Assembly: GCF_037042905.1 (NCBI RefSeq)
Contig: NC_087250.1
Span: 10,170,001 to 10,234,000 of the forward strand
Direction of reading: 5' to 3'
Origin: Lytechinus pictus
Taxonomy: Eukaryota
DNA: 64,000 bases
Under the pieces are notes generated by a model. The model made no database searches and was not told the origin of the DNA. It was given only the letters and a program-made list of their open reading frames with translations. Both the position numbers and the translations under genes were made by a program. Each line of letters begins with the position of its first letter. The stretch's first letter is position 1. Below, piece by piece: positions 23,593 to 35,079 of the stretch.

Positions 23593-23715
23593 CTGTGGCA
23601 CTGCAGAATGTTCCATCGCTCCCATGGGGGGAAGAGGAGGTGGTGGTGGGAGGGACTGCTCCAGAGGAATTTCGACCGTGAGAGGGATTCGCACAGCTGC
23701 TATTGACTTCCTCAA
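23593..23715 (-). CDS. VCL: Putative alternative hinge exon H1, LRKSIAAVRIPLTVEIPLEQSLPPPPPLPPMGAMEHSAVPQ, phase 0-0 (paralog-like to exon 15)
   Basis: Strong acceptor ttctttttcccttag; 123 nt if the donor is CAG|gttgtt. The 3' end is uncertain because the frame stays open to a stop at 23497. Confidence 0.72.
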
Positions 23716-24452
23716 CTAAGGGAAAAAGAAACTCATACATATTCATTGCGAACAAAAGAAAATCAATATTCATTCATGTATGAAAAAATAAAACCAAATT
23801 CACGTAAAATAAATTCAAATATATAGATCAATCTGATACATAAATATTAATGAAAATAAATAATGAATATGAATTTAAATACATCATAACTACATGTATA
23901 ACTGAAAATACATCCTACAAAATTAATATATGACAAATAAAGTAACATCCTTATTTAGGAAATGCCAAAGATGTATTAATCAAAGTATTTAAGTAGCATC
24001 CACAACAAATCCTGTTTTTATTAACAAAAAGTAAGCATTATCAATCAGGAAACACTAAAAAAACATAAAATATTCTCTCAATAAAAAACAATCATAATAA
24101 AAAAAATAATACAAGATTGATAATAATGAAATGCAATTCATATATTTTGCAGGAATGAAAAGTTGATTCCAGAAATATGTGAATAGCAAGAAATAAATAC
24201 ATTATACAACCAACATATCTGAAGTTCAAAATCATCTTTGACTCATATTAAAGAAAAATATTAAGAACAAAATCATATGAAAGACAGATTCACATACTCT
24301 GCAAATTGCTCCCATATTAAGGAATGAATTCACTTTTAATTTCCAATGATAATGATTAATTTTAGAACAAGAAATTTTCTTTCAAAAAACATACAGGTGT
24401 CGGAAGAAAAAAATTGAGTAGAATAAATGAATAACCGGGTATTACAGCTTAA

Positions 24453-25787
24453 AGGAGAATGAAACCCAAAATGTAATACCACATAATATCATTGATAAGT
24501 AAATGATAATCAAAATGAATCCACTTATACCCAAATCCGATTTCCCAGAGTGGAGTACCACCTCTTCAAAGTTGGGCTTCTTCACGTTCAAAGTCTCTAA
24601 ATGGAGATCGCCATTGTTGCGAGGTTCATTCAAAATCGTGACGTCAGCGACGTACAACTGCTCTCGGTACTAACTTCCATGTGCAGCTAGTCACAGGCTG
24701 AAACCAACCCCGAGTTTGCATAATATAGATAATTTTTTACAAGATATGAATATAATATACACATAAAACACTTTAAATAATTATCAAAAAGCTATTCAAA
24801 TTATTTTATGGTTTAAAACACAAATTGATGAGTTTTGATGAAAATGTTTACACATTTATTTACGATATCCAAATTGGCAAATTTGACAAAGCTAAATTTG
24901 TTCGTAGACAGTATACAGCCACCCACTCATCACACGTATTGCGAGGTTAGTATATAGCTAGCACCGTGAACCGCGTTTTTCAGTGGATTTCTATCTAGTG
25001 GGTCGCGCGTGCTGGGATCTTCCTTCTGGTGTCCACAACACACGACTTCCATGGCTTGATTTTTCTGTGCGCGGCAGCATGTAATGAACTCTTGAGTGCC
25101 GACCGCCGGCCCCTGAACCGAGTGATCGTGTTGACTTTTATGTTGGAAGTTTGGTTGTTTATCCCGTTTGAATATCGTTAAATTGTTAATTGTGCTATAT
25201 TTCAATATATCTAACGTTGTTTATTATTTGTTACCGTCGATTTAAGTATTATCGGACGTTTGTATTGAAATAGAACTTAGTTAGAAGGCCTGAGAGCCTA
25301 CGACTTCAAGCCCCAATACTCGGCCGAAGAAATCGGTAAAATGCTCGCTACCAACAACATCATTCCTCTTGAATTTGGAAGAAATGTAGTTTTTTTCCAC
25401 CTTTAGTGCAGCCAATCATTTTTAAAGAGATTTCTGGCCTCTTCTGCGGATCAGGAATTTGGCAAAAGCTGCATTTTGTGCCCCTTACTGACCTATTTTC
25501 GGCAGCCAGATCCACTCTGGCCCATGTATTTTATGCTAGCAATCAAAGGCGAGTGCCGAGGTCGGACATCGAGTTGTACGTCGCTGACGTCACAACCCCC
25601 CACAGAGATATAGGGAGGATGAGCAAAATGGCGATCTCCACGGGTCTTTCAAAATCAAAATATTGATAACTTTGACTTGGCATATCATGGGAAATAGGAA
25701 ACCGTTCTGCCTCATTTTACTTTTATTTTAATCAGTGAAATGTAATCAGTTAATGACCAGATAATAAATCTATCCTTTCATTTTCCT
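24453..25787. mobile_element. Non-autonomous TTAA-target DNA transposon (Kolobok-like), 1.3 kb
   Basis: ttaa|AGGAGAATGA ... TCATTTTCCT|ttaa termini; internal inverted GTGACGTCAGCGACGTACAACT (~24638 and ~25571). Confidence 0.7.
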
Positions 25788-26810
25788 TTAACATCTGCAT
25801 ACAAAATCATAGATATTTATCTACAATATGATTTCTGCAATAAACAAAATATATTAAACACTTTCTTTTGCCATATTGTAAGATAAAACAAACGAGGATT
25901 ATCAAAAAGTACTCTCATAAATATTTTTACATTATGGGAGGAGTCTAAAAGGAATAGATCTGTGCCAATACTTGCCATACATATTATCCCATTTACACTA
26001 TCTATAATATGTACAAGTGAGTTTTCATTTACTTAATAGTACTTGATTTGAGAAAGTGAGCAATGTCCAATTCCAGTTTACAAAAAATTATTGCCACATT
26101 TAAATGATTCAGAACAAAATGGTTCAACAAAGTTAATTTACCCCCCAAAAAACAACTATTCCTGGGGAGCGTTTCATCAACATTTTTATCTGACAAGTTA
26201 TCAGCTCTGACAACTTTCCTTGATTATGATTGGCTGAGAGGCATCGTTACCATAGCAACTGTCGGATAAAACAGTACTTGTCGGATAAAACGTCTGACAA
26301 TTCCTTTCATGAAACTGTTTCATGAAAGCTGTTTGTAATATAAGAGTGACTAAACAAAAGACAGGTAATCTTTTCTTGTAGTATTATGTGCACTGTATTT
26401 TCATTGGTGTGGATTTAGCTCCTGAGAAAGGATCACCAGTCGTTTGTAAAGTCGCTTTTAACTTAAGAACCGCTTGATGAAACACCCACCAGGTAAATGG
26501 GACAATATAAATGACAAGAGAGGGCACCAGGGGGCAGTTTCATAAAGCTGTTCGTAATTTAAGAGCGACTTTAAGAACGACTGGTGAACCCTTCTTATGC
26601 GCTAAACCATCGCCAATACAATATACCATTTACCCAAGAAAGGATCACCAGTCGTTCTTAAAGTTGCTCTTAACTTATAAACACCTTTATGAAACCCCCA
26701 CCTGTAATAGTGGTAAATATATGCACATTGCTATATAGATATTTATATGATTTATATATTGGTTAATATAATGATTATATACTGTAATGGTTAATAAAAT
26801 GATATATCAC

Positions 26811-26902
26811 CTGTTTATTTGCTGAATACCAATGGTCTTGTCCATTCCGGTCATTGGGGTTTTGGGAAACTGTCTTAGCTGCTATCACAGAAGCTGGTAT
26901 AT
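26811..26902 (-). CDS. VCL: Vinculin exon 14, (D)IPASVIAAKTVSQNPNDRNGQDHWYSANKQ, phase 1-0
   Basis: tag/gtgata boundaries, 92 nt; corresponds to human [30 protein letters not shown] and fits both neighbouring phases. Confidence 0.88.
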
Positions 26903-27311
26903 CTAATATTGGATTAGAGCACAATCATGACGATTAATGAATAGTAAACATAATTAAAAAAAATAACAATATACAAGAGTCCCAAGCTCATATTGCTAAA
27001 CATACTGCATTCATTTGGCATCTGCCATTAATTTAGAAATTTGTTGATTAATGATCTATTAAAAAATGGCAATACAAAGGAAACTTTACAACAACAAAAA
27101 AATTCCCAAAGCCTTTCACATATTTTCAGGGGGATTCGTGCTTGAAAAATTAAGCAAAAGTGCAGCCATGAAAACAAAAAAATACTAAGGTTGCCTATCT
27201 GAAGAACAACAGCATAACAAAAAGTGTTCCCACTAAGTAATCATCCAAATGGGTTGGCAAAGGAAATTGTAATCTGCCCAACCCATTGCCCCATGACCCT
27301 TGACCTCTGAC

Positions 27312-27509
27312 CTGCTGAAAGCTGATTGGCTGCCTGGCTGACGTCATGGACGAACTTGGGGTCCTCTGAATTGGCGGCTTCTTTGGAGGCGACCACGGCA
27401 ACCCGCTGGGCACGCCTAGCGATGTTGGATGCCTTCTCCGCGATGACAGGGGCGTTGTTCTGCTTGATGGCCCTATCTACATCTTCACTCTCCGCCTTGA
27501 TCGCTTCCT
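27312..27509 (-). CDS. VCL: Vinculin exon 13 (D4), (E)EAIKAESEDVDRAIKQNNAPVIAEKASNIARRAQRVAVVASKEAANSEDPKFVHDVSQAANQLSA, phase 1-1
   Basis: cag/gtcaga boundaries, 198 nt; IARRANR...NSEDPKF motif. Confidence 0.94.
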
Positions 27510-28011
27510 CTGTGAGAGAGTGGAAAGTTGAACAGGGATGGTCATAAGGGTGACACAACATTTGCTCTCAGTAATACTTGATTACCCTGATGTCCAAGTT
27601 CCATGAACTAGCACATAGGGACGCATTTGGCAGTGATATGCACTATATAAGCATGTTGGTATTATTATTATTAGGTCCATATATTTTATTATGATGACAT
27701 TAAAAAAAATTAATCTTGGTTAAGATTTCAATGTTGACAACACCACCACCGCCGCCGCCGCCACTTCCGTCAGAAAAGCGGCGCCTACAGTCTCGGTTTG
27801 CTATGCAGGCGAGACAATAAAAAGTGCACTTGAAATCCCTCCCGAATATCAAACAATAAGATGGCGTGTAAAATAAGAGAAGAAGAAAAAGAGGAAGAAA
27901 AATGAGAAGTATAAGAAGAAGAAGATGAAGAAAAATATGAAGAAAAAATACAAGAAGAAAAAGAAGAAATTCAAGAAGAGGAGGATGGGGAGGAGAGGGG
28001 AAAAAATATTT

Positions 28012-28985
28012 AACAAGTGGAATGCCTCTGGCCGTCTCACCTGCATCACGCGATTCAATATAGCAGCAGTGCTGATTTTGAAAACTACTATAACTCGCAC
28101 AAGATGTTCAGTGATACTTGGTTACTCTTATTTCCACGTTTTATGAACTAGACCAATACACTTATAGAGATATGATGGCAATTCAACAAATACCCCCAAC
28201 GTGGCCAAAGTTCTTTGACCTTACATGACCTTTGACCTTGATCATGTGACCTGAAACTCGCACAGGATGTTCAGTGATACTTGATTACTATTATGTCCAA
28301 GTTTTATGAACTAGACCAACACACTTTCAAATTTATGGCTGTAATTCAACAAATACCCCAATTTGGCCAAAGTTCATTGACCCTAAATGACCTTTGACCT
28401 TGATCATGTGACCTGAAACTTGCACAGGATGTTCAGTAATACTTGATTACTATTATGTCCAAGTTTCATGAATCAGATCCATAAACTTTCAAAGTTATGA
28501 TGGTAATTCAACAGATACCCCCAATTCGGCCAAAGTTCATTGACCCTAAATGACCTTTGACCTTGGTCATGTGACGTGAAACTCATGCAGGATGTTCAGT
28601 GATACTTGATTAACCTTATGTATAAGTTTCATGAACTAGGTCCATATATTTTCTAAGTTATGATGACATTTCAAAAACTTAACCTTAGGTTAAGATTTTG
28701 ATGTTGATTCCCCCAACATGGTCTAAGTTCATTGACCCTAAATGACCTTTGACCTTGGTCATGTGACATGAAACTCAGGCAGGATGTTCAGTAATACTTG
28801 ATTAACCTTATGGCCAAGTTTCATGAACTAGGTCCATATACTTTCTAAGTTATGCTGTCATTTCAAAAACTTAACCTCAGGTTAAGATTTGGTGTTGACG
28901 CCGCCGTCGCCGCCGCCGCCGCCGCCGCCGCCGTCGGAAAAGCGGCGCCTATAGTCTCACTCTGCTATGCAGGTGAGACAAAAAT
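28012..28985. mobile_element. Helentron/DINE-1/Tsp-like non-autonomous element with an internal ~180-bp tandem array
   Basis: Subterminal inverted GTCTCACCTGCAT / ATGCAGGTGAGAC, about 4 units containing TGACCTTTGACCTT...CATGTGAC...CAGGATGTTCAGT, (GCC)n near the 3' end. A second decayed 3' end lies at 27560-27822. Confidence 0.65.
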
Positions 28986-29462
28986 GGAAAGAAACGTGAT
29001 GAGAGGAAGAATAACAAGAACAAAAAAAGAAGAAAAGAAAAGGGAAAAGGAAATAGTACTTCTAGAATTATTCTACTTACAATGATGTTTATAATAATAA
29101 TATTAATCTTTAGTCAATCAGCATACAAATGATCAATACCAAGATGTGAGTGCATTGGTAGGTTTTGTGAGCATGAGGTGACTATGGAACTGTTAGAATA
29201 GTTTCCATAGCTACCGCATGCTTACTATTCCTACCGATGCTTGAACAAACCTGTGCATCATTTGTTTTATAGAATGGTGGAATTTGGGGGCAAATAAATC
29301 AATCCTTTTACAACCATGCTTAAGTAATTACCGGCACTCGGCTAGCCATGTATCCAGTAAATTTACCATGGATAAGTAATTACCCAATGCATGGCTGACC
29401 ATGTGTCGGGTAATTACTAATGCATGATGCCCATTCTATAATGTCCTTTTTTTCTCTCTCAC

Positions 29463-29574
29463 CGGATGCTTTGACGAATTCCACAGTATCAACAGCCTGG
29501 TCTACCAAGTCGGTCAAAGCCTCGACTTTTCCCACATATTCCTTCTTCAACTCATCAAAGTGGGATACTGCAAT
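29463..29574 (-). CDS. VCL: Vinculin exon 12, IAVSHFDELKKEYVGKVEALTDLVDQAVDTVEFVKAS, phase 0-1
   Basis: tag/gtgaga boundaries, 112 nt; resembles human [30 protein letters not shown]; absent from the ORF track. Confidence 0.92.
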
Positions 29575-30332
29575 CTAGAAGTAACAAAATAAAGAATAAT
29601 ATTAGTCTGGTCTACCAAGTCGGTCAGAGCCTCGACCTTTGCCACATATTTCTTCTTCAACTCATCAAAGTGGGCGGCTGCATCAAATAACTATGACAAA
29701 GAAAAAGAAGTAGAAGAGGAAGAAGAAAGGAGGGGAAGGAGAAGAAGAGGAGGAAAGATAAGAAGAGGAAGGACGGAGAAGAAAAAGAGGAAGAAGATTA
29801 AGCAGCTTCCCATCTCCATATGCGATCAGATTATATGTACCATTTTTTTCACCGAGGTCGCAATTTAGGCCAAATAAGAGCGACATGTAAATTAAGAAAG
29901 CACAAAAGCCTAAATGTAGTAAAGACCCGCAGGTCTCCATCCATTTGAGCATAAAATAACTTTTAGTGCCAATATCCCCTCAAAGTTGAAAAAATAAATG
30001 AATCCTTCATCTGGAAATCAAGGAAATTATTGAGCTTTTCAAGGTTACCAATGAAACCATGCCTATTTAAACTCTACGGAATCCTGCTATGGTGTTTGGG
30101 GGTTTTCTTAAACAATAAACCAATTATCTGTCTATCTACAACTGTCTGGAAATAACAACTCAAATAGTTTTCATCATTAAATCATGAGGAAAGAGTACAG
30201 TAAGCATATAAAGCAAATAATGTTAATAAAAGGTTGAAATCCTTGGCTTTCTGTAATTCTAGCAGAGGATCAGACAATGGTCAGAGTTAAACTGGACAAC
30301 ATAATACAGATAAAATTGGTTAAAGTGCCTAC

Positions 30333-30550
30333 ATGTTCATCCGGGTTGAGCAGAAGAACCTTCCCAGCTGCCACCACCTGAGGGGCAAGATCCCTCACTT
30401 CCTGCGCTTTGTTGTTGAGTTCTACGACCAGCAGCCTGTCGTTGCTGGCCCCAGCCTCAGCCACAAGCTTGGCGGTGTCTGACACCTTGTTGGCATGTTT
30501 CAAGAAGATTGTTGCCTTTGAGGTGTAGGTCTGTTGCCTGTCGGGCACAT
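30333..30550 (-). CDS. VCL: Vinculin exon 11, (N)VPDRQQTYTSKATIFLKHANKVSDTAKLVAEAG...LAPQVVAAGKVLLLNPDEH, phase 1-0
   Basis: tag/gtaggc boundaries, 218 nt; resembles LTPQVVSAARILLRNP. Confidence 0.94.
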
Positions 30551-31880
30551 CTATACGTGGAGGAAAATCAGTGATCAATATTAAATCAAGATAAATACAA
30601 AGATAATATCTTGTTGAGACATTTAAATGTGGCACGGACAGTCTTGCAGGGTTCGAAGGCATTGATCAAAGTACAAAAAGGAAATCTTGTTTGCATGGTA
30701 CAAGAAGGCTGTTGCCTTTGAGGTGTAGGTCTGTTGCCTGTCGGGAACATCTATACATGGAGGAAAATCAGTGCTCCATAATAATAAAGATAAATATACA
30801 ATGTCAGTTCTCATTAAAACAATTTATATAAGATACTGACAAACTGGTTCAGAAAAATATTGATCAAAGTACAGATAAGGAAATATTGATTGCATGGTTC
30901 AAGGAGACTAGGAGGCCGTTCTCATTACGCTTTCTAAAACTAGTTTACTGGAAACCGATTCAGGAAACCAGTTTGGAAGATCGCTTTGCTAGCGTTCCCA
31001 CTTGATCACAAGAAAGTGGTTTTCTATATCATTTCACGTAAAGCGCTCTTGTTGCTATGGAAACGCTCTCAGAGGGGTGACACGTTTTGCGCAAAATTCG
31101 AAACCGCAGTATAGGCATTCTACACCTGTCGTGTGGAGTAGCGCACTCAAAATGTGGGAAGATCGCTTCCCGAAGAACGGTTGTGTCCTCACTTACGCTA
31201 AAACCAGTTTAACGAGGCAAAGCGATCTTGAAAACTACATCACAAGGTGGTTTTCCAAAATGGTTTGGAAGATCGCTTCCAAGACCGCTTAGACCGTTCT
31301 CACTCCGCGTTAAACTAGTTTCCAGTAAACTAGTTTTAGGAACATAGTGAGAAAAGCCTCTAGGACTTTCAGGTGTAAGTCTGAATGATACCTGTTGGGC
31401 ACATTCATAGGTGGTAGAAAATAAGAAGTCCATTAAGACAAGTTCTCATTAAGAAATTGACACGTGGCACGATCAGTCTTCAAGGGATCAGAAAATAATG
31501 ACCAGAGTAGAGAAAAGGAATCTTGTTGCATGGTTCAAGAAGACTGTGGCCTTTCAAGTGTAAGTATGTTGCCTGACAGGCACATCTATAAGTGGTGGAT
31601 AATCGGTGGTCCAATAAAGATAAGGACGATTTCTTATTTGAAAATTCATATGGGGCATGGACAGACAACAATAGTTCAGAAAATATTGATCAAAGTACAG
31701 AGAAGGAAATCTTGTTGGCATGGTTCAAGAAGATAGTGGCCTTTGAGGTGTAGGTCTGTTGCATGCCGGGCATATCTATCTATATGTGGTGGGAAATCAG
31801 TAGTCCATATTAAAGACAAAGTTCTATTGTTATGAAATTGGCGAGTGCCACGATCAGACTACAGGGTTCAGAAAATTTCA
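30485..31880 (-). repeat. ~190-200-bp tandem array containing the acceptor and first ~65 nt of exon 11
   Basis: Four extra copies of CTTTGAGGTGTAGGTCTGTTGCCTG..GGCACATCTATA; one is split by a MITE. Confidence 0.85.
30912..31360. mobile_element. PIF/Harbinger-like MITE with 3-bp TSD (TAG), inserted in a duplicated exon-11 fragment
   Basis: tag|GAGGCCGTTCTCATTACGCTTTCTAAAACTAGTTTACTGGAAAC ... GTTTCCAGTAAACTAGTTTTAGGAACATAGTGAGAAAAGCCTC|tag. Confidence 0.8.
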
Positions 31881-31961
31881 GGATACCACCCTATGGCCTT
31901 AAGTACTGGTGGATGATTTCTACGGCTGGGGACTCAATGAGGTGGTAACTTTGTACTCACT

Positions 31962-32268
31962 GGCCCGTATTCTGAAGTCGGGTTTAACTTAAACTCAGGT
32001 TTAAAGATGTGGTTTAAGTATGGATAGCCAATTGTTACATAAATCACTTACAGTAGAGATATCATATTTCAGCTCATTTGGCTCTCAAATCATTCATAAT
32101 TGTCTAGGAATTATATATAGATGATTGTCTTCACCATTGAAGAATCAGGAAAGAGCGCAGTAAATATAAGAAATATAAAACTTAATAAAAATTTTGACAC
32201 TTTTGGCTTAGACAGAGCACAGAGTTAGACCATGGTCTAAGTTAAACCCGACTTCAAAATAAGGGCCC
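31962..32268. mobile_element. MITE (GGCCCGTATTCTGAAGTC TIRs); second copy at 47803-48114
   Basis: TIRs plus a near-identical body in two copies. Confidence 0.78.
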
Positions 32269-32345
32269 ATAAGTCTGCAAAAAAAATCAAATTTGGTTCA
32301 AGCTTTTCAATGCTATAGGAAAAGAGGAAAAAAAGATTTTCTTAC

Positions 32346-32508
32346 TGATAGGAGCCTTAGCTGCTCTTTCTAACTCCTTGAGTGGTGTTGTCGTGTCCAT
32401 GAAAACATCGGCCACCTCCCTCACTAAGGCATTCTCTATAGCCTTCTGCAGAACGGGTAGTTTCTCAGCAAGTCTCCTTGCAGCCTCCAAACATGCTGGG
32501 GAATTCCC
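32346..32508 (-). CDS. VCL: Vinculin exon 10, GNSPACLEAARRLAEKLPVLQKAIENALVREVADVFMDTTTPLKELERAAKAPI, phase 0-1
   Basis: cag/gtaaga boundaries, 163 nt; EVSDVFSDTTTP-like motif. Confidence 0.95.
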
Positions 32509-33121
32509 CTGTAGCAAAATGAAATACACAAGGAATTCACAAGGGAGGCATGATGCCACTAAAAAACAAGATGAATGGACCAGTTGTAAAGTTAAATTGA
32601 AAAAAAAATTGATTAAAGGGTTCCTTTTTTCGGACTGATAGGATGTTTCACTGAAACTGCATCATGTACTCATCTAATGCTTGTGTAAACCTCGAAATTA
32701 AAGCCTTGGTTTATTTTTCCTTATTTTATAAATCCCTCACTGATTTGTTTTTCAATTTAATCAAGTTAATCGGTCAGTTATCGTCGATAAATTTTGACAA
32801 GTTTTATATCACTTTAAAGCTTAGGATGTGCAGTTCAGTTCAATTTATTTATTTTCTCAGCATTAAAAAAATGATATATATACAATATGTACAGAAATGA
32901 CAGATAATATCAGAGAAAATTTGAAACTACAAAAAGGTTTATAAAAACTTGTGAGTAGTATTTCCCACATTGAATGATAATAACATTGAATGAAAAAAAT
33001 GCACACACAGCATCAGCATACACCAGCAAACACACAGGGAGGTTGGAGCGGTAAATGTATGATATTTCAGCAAGGAGAAAGGAAATAAATCATTTTGCAT
33101 ATTCATTTATATACATTCTTT

Positions 33122-33373
33122 TCAACTTAGATTTAAATGACGTAATTGTTGTTGAGTACTTAATTCCATCGGGGAGATTATTCCAATGCGTGGGCCATAA
33201 TGCCTCAATGAATTTAGGAGAATTTGTGTTTTAACCTTGGGATAATGAAATTTATTACTTGAGCGAGTATTGTGACAATGAAGAGAATTATTTATCAAAA
33301 ACATACGGGATATATTTGAAGGAATTATGTTATGGATAGTATGAAACATATTTGAGCTGTATAAGATTCTCAA
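33122..33373 (-). mobile_element. Degraded 3' fragment of a CR1/L2-type LINE ORF2
   Basis: Translation HCHNTRSSNKFHYPKVKT...SLRHYGPRI resembles the C-terminal HxYxTR...GPxxWN region of these ORFs. Confidence 0.55.
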
Positions 33374-34126
33374 TACAAAATATCAGGCGACATTAAATTG
33401 GGTAGGGGGTGGCTATTTAGATATGTATATTCATCATTAATCTACCACAGTTTTCTTTAGGAAATTACATGAACAAAATGTTGCCATATTGATGATTGAG
33501 ATTGATGAAAAGTGGTTAAAGGGGTACTCAGGAATGAAAATATTATCATTTGAACAGATAAAGAAAAATTAAACAAACAAAATGCTGAATATTTTACCAA
33601 AAATCAGACAAGGAATAACAAAGTTATTGCATTTTAAAGATTTGCATTATTCCAGTGAAACAGTTCTAGGCATGTCTTTATGAATATTCAATGAGCAAAC
33701 TGATGCTGTCATATCCCCTCTTGTTCTTTGTATTTCATTATATGAAATTAGGTTTATTCAATTTATTTTCTTCAGAAACCAACAACTGATTTATTTAGTA
33801 CATTAGATATTCTTTGCTGCAACTTATTTCATTACAAGATAGACATATCATTCACAAGTGTAGAAAAATGAAAAATGAAACAATTATGATTTCATGAAAT
33901 AACATAAGAAAAAGGAAAGCACCGATGTGAAATCATCAGCCCACCTAATGACTATTCATGACATCATGCATTTATTTTCACAATACATTGCTAAACTTTA
34001 AAATTCAATAACTTCACTATTTCTTATCAGATTTTGATGAACTTTTCAGCATTTTGCTCTTTAAATTTTTCTCTTTTTATTTAGATATAAATATTTCCAG
34101 GTCGGAGTACCCCTATAGTAACTCAC

Positions 34127-34272
34127 TTGTCCCCTGTTCACAAGATCCGTTATTTGTTGAGAGAGGCCTTCGACTTCATCACAGAGCCTCAGGAGTTCTG
34201 ATCGTTCCGGGCCTGTCAGGTTCTGGGCCACCTTCCTTCCCTGGGCAACGATACCAGCAATGGCTTTGCGTC
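34127..34272 (-). CDS. VCL: Vinculin exon 9, (G)RKAIAGIVAQGRKVAQNLTGPERSELLRLCDEVEGLSQQITDLVNRGQ, phase 1-0
   Basis: tag/gtgagt boundaries, 146 nt; same length and phase as exon 7 (internal repeat). Confidence 0.94.
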
Positions 34273-34656
34273 CTAAATAAAAAGGGCAAATAGTAGAATA
34301 ATACATGCGACTCTGCCGAACAGTTAATAAGAGATGAAAGTGACTAATCCACTAATTTGACGCGTAAATCTGCCATAGATCTTTCATACACTTATCTGCA
34401 TATCCCACTTTACATGATACTTTATTTTGTTCATTATATACAAAGCTTTATAAACTCAAGGCCTGTTGCATAAAACTGTTTACATGAGAAAACTCTGGTA
34501 AAAACTGAAAACTAAGGTTAATCTGATTTCTGCCATTGACTTTAACACAGGGCAAAAACTCCTGTAAAAACAGCCTGAGTTTTCTCAGGTAAAAAGTTTT
34601 ATGCAACGGGCCCAAGGTGAATCTCCCCTCCTAGAAAGTGGATCGGTCCAACTCAC

Positions 34657-34849
34657 CCAGTCCTTTGTCATCTTGGGCAGGGTTCCTAAGCCACTTCTGG
34701 GCCTGCTCCACTTTACCCGCAAGGGTGTAAGCAGTCCTTGTCACCCCACTCCTAACGGCTTCCTTGACAGAACCATCCACCATCCGATGAAGGTGGTCTA
34801 GTTTCTCCGCGATCTGCCTCGAAAGTTGCAGAGCACGAGGGGAATTACC
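34657..34849 (-). CDS. VCL: Vinculin exon 8, GNSPRALQLSRQIAEKLDHL...LAGKVEQAQKWLRNPAQDDKGL(G), phase 0-1
   Basis: cag/gtgagt boundaries, 193 nt; resembles human [23 protein letters not shown]. Confidence 0.94.
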
Positions 34850-35079
34850 CTGCAAAAGAAATCATGATAAACAATCCCTTAGTTTAGAGCACTACTTTGC
34901 ATGAATTAAAGTATCCATTTCTCTCTACATGACCTGCATCACATTTGTATTTTGCCACAAAAATGTTCTCAGTGACGAGAAAATCTTTCAGAAACAATGC
35001 AAACCACATAAAATGACAAAAGTAGTATTGAACATGTGCTCGACATAAAAGAAATCTCCAGTGTAAAGGGAAACGGTAG

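Noticed and set aside
28090..28880. Regularly spaced repeats as a CRISPR-like array or nuclear-receptor (TGACCT) enhancer
   Set aside because: Eukaryotic context; the units are full tandem copies without unique spacers and lie inside a Helentron-like element.
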